Assembly (NCBI RefSeq): GCF_902652985.1
Contig: NC_047020.1
Span: forward strand, 12,958,001-13,022,000
Length of the DNA stretch: 64,000 nt
Direction: 5' to 3'
Origin: Pecten maximus
Lineage: Eukaryota
A program made the position numbers and the translations under genes. Positions 38,434-50,543 of this stretch are shown one piece after another. Numbering within the stretch: position 1 is the first letter of the stretch; each line of letters begins with the position of its first letter. Under the pieces are notes generated by a model. The model was not told the DNA's origin. It did no database searches and saw only the letters and a list, made by a program, of their open reading frames with translations.

Positions 38434-41400
38434 ATCAATTCATTTTGGTTTTGACTTAATCGTTTTACTGAGCGTTTTCATTAGTTGTCATTTTAAGTCA
38501 TGGAGCTATGTATATGCTTTCAAAATATCATATTTATTAGATTATTAAAACGTTTACATATATAATACGCTATGGGGTTCGGCCATCTTTGTTGTCAGTA
38601 ATAACACGTTTAGAGTATTATCTCTTTATTTACATGAAGTAAAAATAGAAATATCAGAATATTAAAAACTTACATTTACTACATCACGTAAACAAATTGT
38701 CGTTGTGATGTTATTTTGATAACTGCTCTTTGAAACCAATGAATTTGAAAGACCCAAGGTTAATGAAGAATTTGAGCTATGGTTTCCGAGGCAATGCCAT
38801 TATCTACGCATATTTGACACCTATTGACACATTTGTTTGTAATGAAACATCTGTGTACATTTCAATGAATGTTTTTGTTGTATTAATCCAACATATAGCT
38901 CCTATATCCCGTATCGTGTCACGGCGTACTATACTCATACAGCTGGGATAACAGCAGTCCCCACATCGCCATTTACTAATGACAGTCACGGAGCTCACTG
39001 GTTTTGCACGCGAAGCTTTCTCCAAAATGAAATTTAGCTGATGCACGGTTGTATGTCTATATAAGGTATGCATGCTTGTATTGGCATGAGTCTGACACTC
39101 CGTTTTCCTACTGTTGTATTTATGGTTGTACATGTTGCCAAAATTGGATTTCCATTACTCTATTCCATAATTCAATTCGGGGTGTCCCAACCAATTAGGT
39201 TTACTTACATTTGCATGTTCTCCGGCGGTTTTATTTTTTAATGACAAACAAAGTTGTTTCTGTTTTTGGATGCATGTATGTAATTTTTTCAATGTTTCTT
39301 TTGTTTCTAAATTTATTTTTCAAAGACATGCGATCATTAGAAACAGATGCATGTATTTCACGAGTGAAGACATTTTCGTTAATAAACATACTTCAAACAG
39401 ATTATTGTTAAATTAACGATATAATCTGATAGTATTTGATAGATATATCAAGATTGGGCATAACAAAGGACACAAGCATGCGCCAACAATTTTGTTTTGA
39501 TGGCCACGTGTCTTTATTTACACAAACATAAACACCGAGCCTCCGTACGATGATCGTCTGTCAAAAGACGACGGGCGGTCCGGACCGAGAACCCGGTATC
39601 CGAGTTGGTGTATTATACAACCTTATGGCGACTACAAATTTTGAGACGGTTGTCGGACGAGAAAACCCTGTGTGATCCGATCTCACTTTCCCTATGCTGT
39701 CTTATCTGTTTAATGACGAGTACTTGGTGAGATCGTTTAGAGTGGATAATCATCCTCAAGGGTCCTCATACCGTGGAAAGTGGGGCACTCAGCGTATATA
39801 TTTAGTTAGAAAATTAGTGACACAACCTACTCGTATTAACTCCATACTCATAACTTTAAAGAGCTGAGACGCGTAAACCACTCGAAAATGGATACCGTAT
39901 CTAACCTCTAGAATTATCTTCAAATTAAAGAGTTATCATATAAATTTGAGATAAGTTATTCGATATAGCCTAACGGTTTCCTACTTAGAAGAATGCGATG
40001 TTGTTTTCATGAGAGTTGTTGAACCGGGAGGATGGGAACGGTTATGATGTGAGAAAACAAGTCTTTTCCTGTGAAGGGTGAAAGTTGAGGAGCACCGCGG
40101 TCGTCTTATTTTCATATTTGCCAAGAAAAAAAGTAATAAAATTTATCAAAAAGATTCTTTCTTGAAAGACGTGTAACAAGTAACCTGAGAAAGGATTGTG
40201 AATCTCCTCAACGGTCTTAGAATCTATGTGTGATTTGAAGTCATACATTAAAAATAAACATTACTAATGAACGAGTGTCCAATTTTTTTCTTTGTGTTAT
40301 AGACTATATTTTCTATAAGGTTTCATTTTAATTGTGGTAGTTTTTGGCAAAAACAGTTTTTTCTTTCTTTTTCTTTTTCCTTTTTTTTTTTTACTCCATG
40401 AAATGGGTTTTACTACCCCGAGAGGACGTGAGGATGTGGAGAATTAATGAAGAATGGCAACACTTATCATCTTGTTGAAAACAAGGCTAAAACCGATCCG
40501 TTCAGAACGACGATGTCAAAAGTCCCGTCAAATTAATACAGTCATCATTTTCGGGTTACCCGTTCATAAATAGGAGAGTCTAGTAGGGGAGGGAAAAACA
40601 AGTCGTAAATTAACCGTAACGTTATATTCTCACTGACACGTATATTGCCGAATCATTAAGGATGTAAAACTATTTTGTCGGATGCTTGGTCCCGTCCTGC
40701 TTAGCCCCTTCAGTAGAAGATAGAGACGTATGGGGCCCTGGGTCCAATGCTGATTTGCGGTGGGGTAAGCGACCCTGGAAATCTCGCGTTTGACGTTTTG
40801 AACGTGATCAAGTACGACAGCTAACACTATGCGTTGAGTCAAAGAAAGACACAAATTGATTTCAAATGTGAAGAAGTCTACATTTTTTCCCATTTTCAAT
40901 TAGTGGGCCACTTAAAATGGGGATTTGTGAATTCCTCCACATCAACGAAGTTTGTCAACTAAGTATATAAACGTTCTGGTGGATTAGGATACAGTTTGCT
41001 TCCGTACGGCACCGTTAATATTCTCGGTACTTGTTCAACACAAAACGTTATACGCCGAGATATAGAGATTTACAGGGCACCTGTTGCTTTATCAGAATTA
41101 TTGTTTTTATTGGTAGGCCCATTTATACACTGATACAGATCTACACTAGTATTATCGGTTACAATGTTAAATATTGTCAGCTGCTTGTCAGACATGTGAT
41201 GTCGTATAGAATTTTAATCTGGTCTATTCTTATTTGTTCAGCTTGGTTTACAAGTAATTGTTTTTTCGATTTAAATGAAGCAATTTGTCACTTAATACTT
41301 AAAAAAGATTAAATAATTAATTCAATATATACTCTACAAACAGCTACAATTATGTGGCTATCGATATTTAAAACTAATTTATGTTAAACTAAGATATTTT

Positions 41401-42054
41401 AATTTCAAACAATTATGCCAATGAAAATGGTTCCTTTCTGAGGTGAAACCCAATTCGTCCATTTTAGATGTTTCAGTGAGTAAAAACATGAAATTTATTG
41501 GTATGACTTCACAATGTTATTGTAAAACTATACTGGAGTCGCGACCACGGAACTCGTTGTTTTGACGGGAATATTAACCTACTTGGAATACTCATAGCAT
41601 GAACGATTGTATTACTGTACGAAGATAGAATGCTAATTTCAAATCTCAGTTCAAACATTTTTTATTTATGTCACACTTATTTCTGATTCCTTTTTATATA
41701 CTTTATATGTTGTATACATATTATAAATGGATAAATAAAATACTGTTTATCTAAAAATCATGCAACGAAGGCTTCGGAATGAAATGTTATATTAATTTTA
41801 TTGTAGTAACATGTAAGCTTATTATTAGGTTATTAATTATTTGTGTTTATCTGTGTTTGAGCTAATGAAATTCCACATATCCTATATTTTTGATTGACTA
41901 TCTGATATTCCAGTTCTAAAATCCGAAGATTTTGGTCTATAAAATTGTTTTGTTGAAGCGACAAACGATCTATTTCTCTGACTGTTTACAATAATAATAC
42001 TGTATCATAAATTATACGTTCGGAAAATAGTATTTATGTCAGTGGAAATAAGCC

Positions 42055-42540
42055 TGTGGTTTTACGACAATCCCAACGTTTTTCTTATTACCGAGCAGTG
42101 TAGTAGAAATGGGCAAGAGAAATTGAACGGGGTACACCTATTAAAACTCTGTGGGTCCACCTCCTTACTGTCGCCACTAGGGCCTCGCTCCTCAGCCTTT
42201 CTCCACGGGGCCCCTCCCCACGAGAAATTGAGATGGACATTCGGGATTTTAGAGTGGTCAATCTTATCGGTCATTCTCACAGTCCTCTTGGTCATTCGTG
42301 TATGAGTCTGTCAGCTGACCAGCTGAGAGAAATATTTCCCGAGTTGCCCCTCCCGTCGGGGGATTCAACCGAGCCTCTGTGGGTAGGCTTTATCTGGTAA
42401 TTTTCTGGGATGTGATAAAATAAGTAATACTAAGAGTGTAACTGTGTAGTAGCTGAGAGATACATAGATACTCTACCGGGGATTAGCATGTTCCCCAATT
42501 TTCTCAGATATTTATCTAGATTATAGAAACACATACCACA
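42055..42540. mobile_element. Possible solo LTR in the Hand intron
   Basis: GC-richer block bounded by TGTGGT and ACCACA. No convincing TSD. Confidence 0.3.
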
Positions 42541-44713
42541 AATACACCCCATTCAAACTAGCTAGCTTATCTTAACAATACCATGAGAAGTTAAAAAGAA
42601 TCTTTAATTTATCAAAACTTGTGTAATTTTCATTGTATACTTTGGTGAATATTAATGCGGATCATGTGTTTTCCTGCAATAACAGTGCAGTTAAGGCGAT
42701 TATGACACCTGTTGTATTTTAACATATGTAATATTTATTTACACAAACAATACGAGGTGGAAACGTGTATTGAGGAAATTATTAACGTGTGACATGCAAT
42801 TTTATTTATAGATGTGTTTTCACTAAAAATATTTTTCAACAATTCCATTTTCGTAATTTTATATATTTATGAATTCACATTTTGTTTTGTTATATTTTAT
42901 TTGTAACACACCGAAAAAATGGGGGTAAAAATAAAAAATAAAATGAATTAATCATTTATTCTTCTAGTAGTAAGATTCTCCGAGTAATATTATATTGTAT
43001 CGTGTGTCATCGGCCGATAACGATATTACACGTGGCCGATAATACACAATATGTAATCCGACACGCGCCACGTGACATGTAAACACACGTGAAACGAAAA
43101 CAAAAATCTATATTGTCGTAAAAAAAAAAGAGAAATAAGGACGATTTTATATTTTAGTTATTCGGCAATTACAGAAATATTCAGTAATGAAGTAATAAAG
43201 TTTATATATATTAAATTATAATGAATATTGAAGTTTCTTAATTCCAGCTGTGATAAATATATATAATCATGATAATATTTATGCTCTGTTCGGGTAGTAG
43301 AATCACTTGTACAATGTGAAATACTTGTAGTAGTATAACACCCGAGGGGTCTGACGACACTATCTAGAGTATAGTTAGAGGGGGGAAGGATTGTGGTCTT
43401 TCCTAGATTCTAAACAAGGATAGTCACACGTTTATACCTGTGTTATCTGTGAAAGGTTTATCCCTCCCCCAGGGAGAGTTGAGAGCTTCGGAACGATATT
43501 AAACTGTGTTGTCTTGTGGATAACTCTAAATTTACTTATATCAGCAAATAAATAAACAGTATGCGTAATTCACAATAATAGAGAAAAAACTACACGTTGA
43601 TGGAAACGGGGGGACGCCTGAAATATTTTTACAATCAGATGTACTTTAACATACTTTTTTCCTTTTTTTTTGTATTCTTCTGATTTTTAAAAAATGGGTC
43701 AATAATTGTTTTGTGTATTTTCAACGATAACGGCATATCACTGTGACAATTAACGCGCGCTATGTTCATCATACATTTATTCCAATATCGGAAACTTTAA
43801 CATTAAAAGTACATTGCCGATAGAAGAAAATTCACAGATTTGCTAAAGTTTGTCTACATTTTTTACAATTTATCACGAATTCTTGATGGTTAAAGGAAAC
43901 GGCTCGGGACGTACCCCGCGGTTAACTTGGGAGGAATTATCACTACCAGTATCAACGTCAGATAGGGCTGCCCGAAGCTTGACTTTTTTTCAACGATAAA
44001 GTCCTCGATTCTCTCCTCGAATGAGAATTTAGAATTTCGACTCAGAGGTCAACGCAAAATCGTGAAGTGTCACTGCATTAGAATATTTGAAAGAAAACAG
44101 CAGATAAGTAGCCGAATAAAAATAATAGTACGATTACCCAATAGTCTGTATCCAAATGTGTTTATCGTTTGAGTTTTTATAATCCGAAAATAACAATAAA
44201 ATGAATGCGTATAAATTAATAATAAAGTTAAATGCCCAAGAATTATCTACGGGTTTAAGACCACAGTAGGACCGACCTAGAAAAATGCTGAGAAATGGTC
44301 GTGCTGTTTTAGTGTAGCCATCAAGTATACATTTTATTGTGTCACTATTCCAAATGTCTTCGAGCACAAGATAAGTGTACACAAAAAAATAGATTACAAG
44401 ACTTAAAAAGTTTCCCTGTGGTCGCGGAAATATAAAGATAAACTAGAAAGATTTACTTATCATTGTATGTTTTCGAAAAATAAATTATTTTTGTACTTAT
44501 ATCAGATAAAGCTGTTTTGAAATATTTAGTTTTAAATATATATTCGTCCAGGCGTACTAGAAGAATAGATTTCTTGCAAATTAATTCGCATATAAAAGAG
44601 ACAAATATTCATATGTCTCTCAGAAAATATTTCTGTAAAATAAAAATATTTCTAAATGATATACCAAGGTGTATTTCCCCGCTATATGTCCATTTTGTAT
44701 TTTTAATACATAC

Positions 44714-45274
44714 CATGTGTTCCTTATGCTTTTTTTCTTCTGGTGTTGATTTTTTGTCATTTTTCTTTACAAGTTCTGCTTTGAATCCGTCTTCCGTGAG
44801 TTGGGGGTCGTCCTTTTCCAGCACGTCCATCAGATAAGATATATAACTAGTTGCCAGTCGTAATGTTTTAATTTTTGATAATTTTGTGTCCGATGGAACA
44901 TTGGGTATACAACCCCTTAATGTAGCAAAAGCTGAATTGATTGAAAGTGTCCTCCGTCTTTCCTTTTTGTTGGCGGATGTTCTTCTTTTGACACACCTTT
45001 CTATCGGTACACCGTCACCATTGTACCGTATACCGTCTGATACATAATGTCCCATCACATGGAAATCCGTGGGGGAAGGGGTACACATCCCATAGGACTC
45101 GGGAGACATTTGTACATCCGGGTGGTGTCCATTTAGTACCCAGTTCTGGAAATAGGTGGCATCAGCACAATGATCGGAATACCTCGGCATTTGAGGGTAT
45201 TGGTATAGGTCGTGCCCCGTTGGTCCCGGGTGGGGATACCCTTGATGGGAATACCCGGTCACACTCAGACTCAT
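44714..45274 (-). CDS. Hand: Hand bHLH transcription factor, coding exon 1 (187 codons, MSLSVTG...EEKKHKEHM)
   Basis: The ORF contains a Hand-type bHLH ([57 protein letters not shown]), the N-terminal YFQNWVL motif and the post-HLH FKAEL motif. The ATG at 45274-45272 gives an MSL- start as in HAND2. The exon ends at a GTATGT donor starting at 44713, at the position of the vertebrate Hand intron. Confidence 0.97.
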
Positions 45275-45514
45275 CCTGTTGGCCTCTCCCGCGAAACCAC
45301 TAAACAGACTTATTTTTGTTGGTAGATAATTCACTATCCAGGAATATTATGAATAATCTACTTTCCTTTGAGATATTTTCCTGATTCCTGAGCCGTTCAT
45401 GAGTATAGAAAATTATAAGATTTTTCAAAAAAAAAAATTCTTATAATGATATTAAGTTTGCAAGTGCTTTAGCAGATGTATTTACTCAGAGTTCCAATGA
45501 CTGTGTCTCAACAT

Positions 45515-45680
45515 CTGAAGTGATCTACCATACATGATCTCGCTATTTACTGCATACCGCAGTTTTGCGCTGACTTCGAACGACCAATCAGAAGCCAGTA
45601 TCGCCCTGGGACGTTTTATCTCTGACGTTCGGAGATGTCACGCTGGATGATTTGCCCCGCCCACTTGATAGGCTCACGGT
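45515..45680 (-). promoter_or_regulatory. Probable Hand core and proximal promoter
   Basis: Minus-strand TATA-like TAAATA (45549-45544) lies about 28 nt upstream of an Inr-like TCACTTC (A at 45521). Also present: CCAAT box (GACCAATCAG, about 45582-45591), GATA site TTATCT (45616-45621), GC box CCCCGCCC (45655-45662), and an NK2 site CACTTGA (45662-45668) overlapping TGATAG (45666-45671). Confidence 0.6.
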
Positions 45681-48600
45681 GTGTGGGGCACAAGACCAGT
45701 AAAATTGTTATATAACAAATTGTCAAATTGTCAACGAAATGGTTTACCAATAACGTTAATTCAAACATTATCTTAAATCATTATTAATTCAATTTTAATA
45801 AAAGACATTAAAGTAGGGCATAGTTTCGTCGCGTTTTTGTAATAACTTATCATTTTGACGAGTTTATGAAAGGGGCGTGTCGAAACAACATTCAGTCAGT
45901 ATTACTGTTATGCTTAAAAACCTCACTTCTTATAGACAATAGCAATTTTAACTAGAAAGATAAAGAGAATTCTTTTCCGGATTTACCGGAGAATAAAAAA
46001 AAATGTTTTATTTTATAAATGTTACAAATACTATAAAACTATTTAAGATATGCTTCTCGTTTTGGCTGGATTGGCTGTGGGACAAAATTGGTGCCCCGTT
46101 TCCCAGATGGTCTGTTGATGGTTGTCAGAATTTACTATAACCATGCTCTTGGTTAGCTTTTATCAATGGAAGTTAGAAGGTGTCATTGACTCTTTGCCAA
46201 TGGCAAATGCACGAGCTTGACGGGGCACGTGATAAGGGACATATTTGATACCTTTTCACATGCACACACGAGCGCACACATCGCACTCTCCCGGATAACG
46301 ACCATATCATGTAAACGGACACTTCAGAATATATTATGAAACGTATACTGATATAGATAATAATTACTTACTTTTATTATCCCGGAGATAATTAACTGAA
46401 TTATTAAATGTGAATTTTTAGTCTGATTGTTGGGGCTTCAATGAGTAGATAAAGCAATAGGTTTTGTTTGATTTCGTGTAATTAACTAATTAATTTACAT
46501 GTCATGTCAACAGCTCATTATGCTATCAAACACATCCTAATTTATTGTTTCTGCGAGAAAAAATCCGCTGCACATTATTTGAATTAAAACAAAGGATCAA
46601 ATCAAATACTTATTGCTAACACACAACAGTAATACCGAATTAATCAGTAGAAAGTGTATACACGTATACACCGTACACGCACGGGAAGACCGACACAAAG
46701 GTACCGTGTGGTAATCATGAAATTGATTTCAGACGGTTGTCTCACATTAAAACCGGAAATGATATCGCGAGTTTAAATGATAAATGAGATATATGATCAA
46801 AAAGCGTATGACGTTCATATCAGAAAATTAAAAATAAGGACATAATATATTATTTCACTAGAAGAAATAAAAACCAAACGTAAGCCTATATTTCCTATGA
46901 CCACAGACACCTGTTCAGTCCAATTATTGATTTACATATTTTATAACTATTAATTGTATTAGGTATATGGAGGCATCCCTGTCAGTTCGTTTGGAACTTC
47001 GATGTTTGACAATTTTTACAAAACATCACTTTGTAAATAGTCTGATTTAAATGATGCCGACACTTGTAAGTACTAATTGTGAAAGGACGTAAGTAAGTTG
47101 TACAACTTTTGTCCAATCCATTTACTTTTATCTGCAAATAAAATTGATTTAAACTAATGATTGGTTTATTTATCGCCGAATAAGGATAATCCAACACATA
47201 ATTATATTATTGTAACTGCAGAATAATTACATTCAGCCACAGGGACTTGTTATAAATAATTACATTCTGTAAGACATTCTGTAAATATTATAATCTAACT
47301 ATAAGTAAATGCGTGCCCCTGTGATGCGGCAGTGAGAAACACTTGTACCACATTACTGTAAGCGACGATTTCAATGTTTTTCACATTTTAATTAAGAGTT
47401 GACTTGTAATTCCGCTTTCTTAAGGTACACTCCAATACAACATTATCCTACGGTTTATATTATATATTTATAATTAAATATTTCAATTATTTCCTCACCA
47501 TAATTCAGTTGAAAATATATGTATCCAATACGGGATTAAATGTTTAAGTACTATACGTCATATAACTTACACTTGAGATTATTAATTAGGGTAATTATAT
47601 AATTCAGAGATGATTAATTTAAAATTAAAACAACTATCCTATACAAACAAGTACGTGTTATATGGAGGAAGTTAAGCACTTTAAAATTTATTTTCTGCAA
47701 AGTTTTTCGTCGACAGAAAATTTATCAAGCGTCGATAGAGACAAGCTCCTGACTCCGGATCTCATTAAACGATTACCAACCGTGACGCATTTTACGATGA
47801 CACGTCATGGTTGAGTTACGTCACGTATACTTACACGGGGATTGCGCGGTGATCCGTAACTTCAACCACTCGAAGGAGTGGGTAGAGAGAAAGGGGAAGA
47901 GATGGAGGGGGTGAAATGGAGAACTGATGAGGGGATGGGAGAGGCATCTACAGCTCGATTCAAGACTGATTAAAATGGCATAAATCACCTTCCTATTCGC
48001 TAAAACCTAGCGAGGTCATTGGAACCCTACTCCCATCACTTAGTACGATGTCTGACAGAAATTGTCCTATAGTTATAAATACATATATTTTAATTACGTT
48101 TGTTTAGTACTTTTCTGTATACGTAATGTCTGTGATATAATACGGACCTCTGGATGTCTTCTACAGTAAAGTCGAACTTAATTACATACATGTATATTAT
48201 ACATATAATCTTTACAAGTCAAGTACATTTTGTGACAGAAAGTTTAAACTATATTTTTATCAAAATGGAATCACTTGATAAAACACTTTTAATCCACTGT
48301 TGCACACCGATAAGCTGAACATGCTTTACAATCCTGATTTAGTAATACTTTTTTATTCTGCACTTATTGACGGCAACTAACTGAAAACAGAAGAGAAGCT
48401 ACGTACGCGAACAGATGGATTATTGAATAATAATATTAATAACACCCACTCTGGTTTTAGGTCACTGTTTACGAGACCAGACCGGATAAGAAGTGTCTTA
48501 AATCAAAATTATGAATGTTTTTGAATTTATTCCGGTACATAACCACTGTAAATTATGAAAAACAAATTATATTCAATCCATACAAACTGACAGCTATCAG

Positions 48601-48914
48601 TAGCCTTAATATAAAATAACATAATCTACGTAAGTATTTTCTTGGTTCCTGGAAAAAATAATGGACAGATAGATACACAACATCTTACAGTCTCCAGTTT
48701 TGCCTATTTTAACTTTCTAAAAACAATGCGTATTCCTACACTAGGATCAATATTGTTTAACATTTCGTTAACACGTTTTGTAACTGTTATAGTCAATAAT
48801 ATGAAAGTTCAGACCCATGCAGTCCTAAACAACTGTATACTATTAAGAAGTCACGTTGTTTAGAATAAGCTGACAATATTATGTTGATCACCCTCAGTTT
48901 TTCATGTGATCATG

Positions 48915-48973
48915 TTGTTATTTTTACTTATGGACCGATAGGTCCACGGAATAAAATGATCTTGAACTTGAAC
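48915..48973 (+). mobile_element. LINE-type 3' tail remnant
   Basis: Stem-loop TGGACC-GATA-GGTCCA, then AATAAA and a (CTTGAA)2 tail. Confidence 0.45.
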
Positions 48974-49502
48974 ACGTGTATGTGTCAAACCCAACTGTTT
49001 ACGTGTAGGTCTGCCACATGTGTTATGATGCACGTCCGGTACCTGTGGTATATACACAGTCGGACGAGTGACACACGTACCTAATTACGGTAATACACAC
49101 GCGTACACATACTCACTACAGATTTGTATACAGCTACGTGTCAAATCGTAAGGCGTAGGATGTTAATTAAGGAACCATTAAACAGGTGATTAAAAGTAAT
49201 ATCGGTTAAATAATTGTCAATTTCCACTATTTAGATATTATACATTAGTATATAAATATTATGGTTCAGAGCATGTACTGCATATATACAAATGTACAGT
49301 GTTCATACTGCACAGGGTTTACGCGTGCTAATGCACGTGCTGCCAGATACTCGAGGATTGATGTGTAAACACAGGAACAATGTAGTTTCTTGCCTATTCC
49401 TTAAAATTTGTATGATGTACTAATACAACATTTCCATGGCAATACCTGATAGAAACTAGATAATTTAAAACAACAGGCGCCAGTATATTCTCAATACGAC
49501 GT

Positions 49503-50543
49503 TACGTTATATTCTCTCTCTACCACCATACGTTATATTCTCTCTCTACCACCATACATGTACGTTATATTCTCTCTACCACCATACGTTATATTCTCTC
49601 TACCACCATACGTTATATTCTCTCCCTACCACCATACGTTATATTCTCCCTACCACCATACGTTATATTCTCCCCCTACCACCATACGTTATATTCTCTC
49701 CCTACCACCATACGTTATATTCTCCCTACCACCATACGTTATATTCTCTCTACCACCATACGTTATATTCTCCCTACCACCATACGTTATATTCTCTCTA
49801 CCACCATACGTTATATTCTCTCTACCACCATACGTTATATTCTCCCCCTACCACCATACGTTATATTCTCTCCCTACCACCATACGTTATATTCTCCCTA
49901 CCACCATACGTTATATTCTCTCTACCACCATACGTTATATTCTCCCTACCACCATACGTTATATTCTCCCCCTACCACCATACGTTATATTCTCTCCCTA
50001 CCACCATACGTTATATTCTCCCTACCACCATACGTTATATTCTCTCTACCACCATACGTTATATTGTCTCTACCACCATACGTTATATTGTCTCTACCAC
50101 CATACGTTATATTCTCTCTACCACCATACGTTATATTCTCCCTACCACCATACGTTATATTCTCTCTCTACCACCATACGTTATATTCTCCCTACCACCA
50201 TACGTTATATTCTCTCTACCACCATACGTTATATTCTCTCTACCACCTTACGTTATATTCTCTCTACCACCATACGTTATATTCTCTCTACCACCATACG
50301 TTATATTCTCCCTACCACCATACGTTATATTCTCTCTACCACCATACGTTATATTCTCTCTACCACCTTACGTTATATTCTCTCTACCACCATACGTTAT
50401 ATTCTCTCTGCCACCATACGTTATATTCTCTCTACCACCATACGTTATATTATCTCTACCACCATACGTTATATTCTCTCTACCACCATACGTTATGTTC
50501 TCCCTACCACCATACGTTATATTCTCTCTCTGCCACCATACGT
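49503..50543. repeat. 24/26-bp minisatellite of about 1 kb
   Basis: TACGTTATATTCTC(TC)(T/C)CTACCACCA units, about 40 copies. Confidence 0.96.

Larger units (their letters stand above)
29945..44713 (-). other. Hand: Hand intron (14,769 bp, GT-AG, phase 0)
   Basis: Bounded by a GTATGT donor and a TGTAG acceptor. Joining gives a 221-aa protein of normal Hand length, so no further coding exon is needed. Confidence 0.9.

Noticed and set aside
44609-44713. C-terminal extension VCIKNT...LRDI in the ORF track, and the upstream GTG start at 45334
   Set aside because: The extension is intron read-through; the true C-terminus is exon 2. The ATG at 45274 matches the conserved MSL start.
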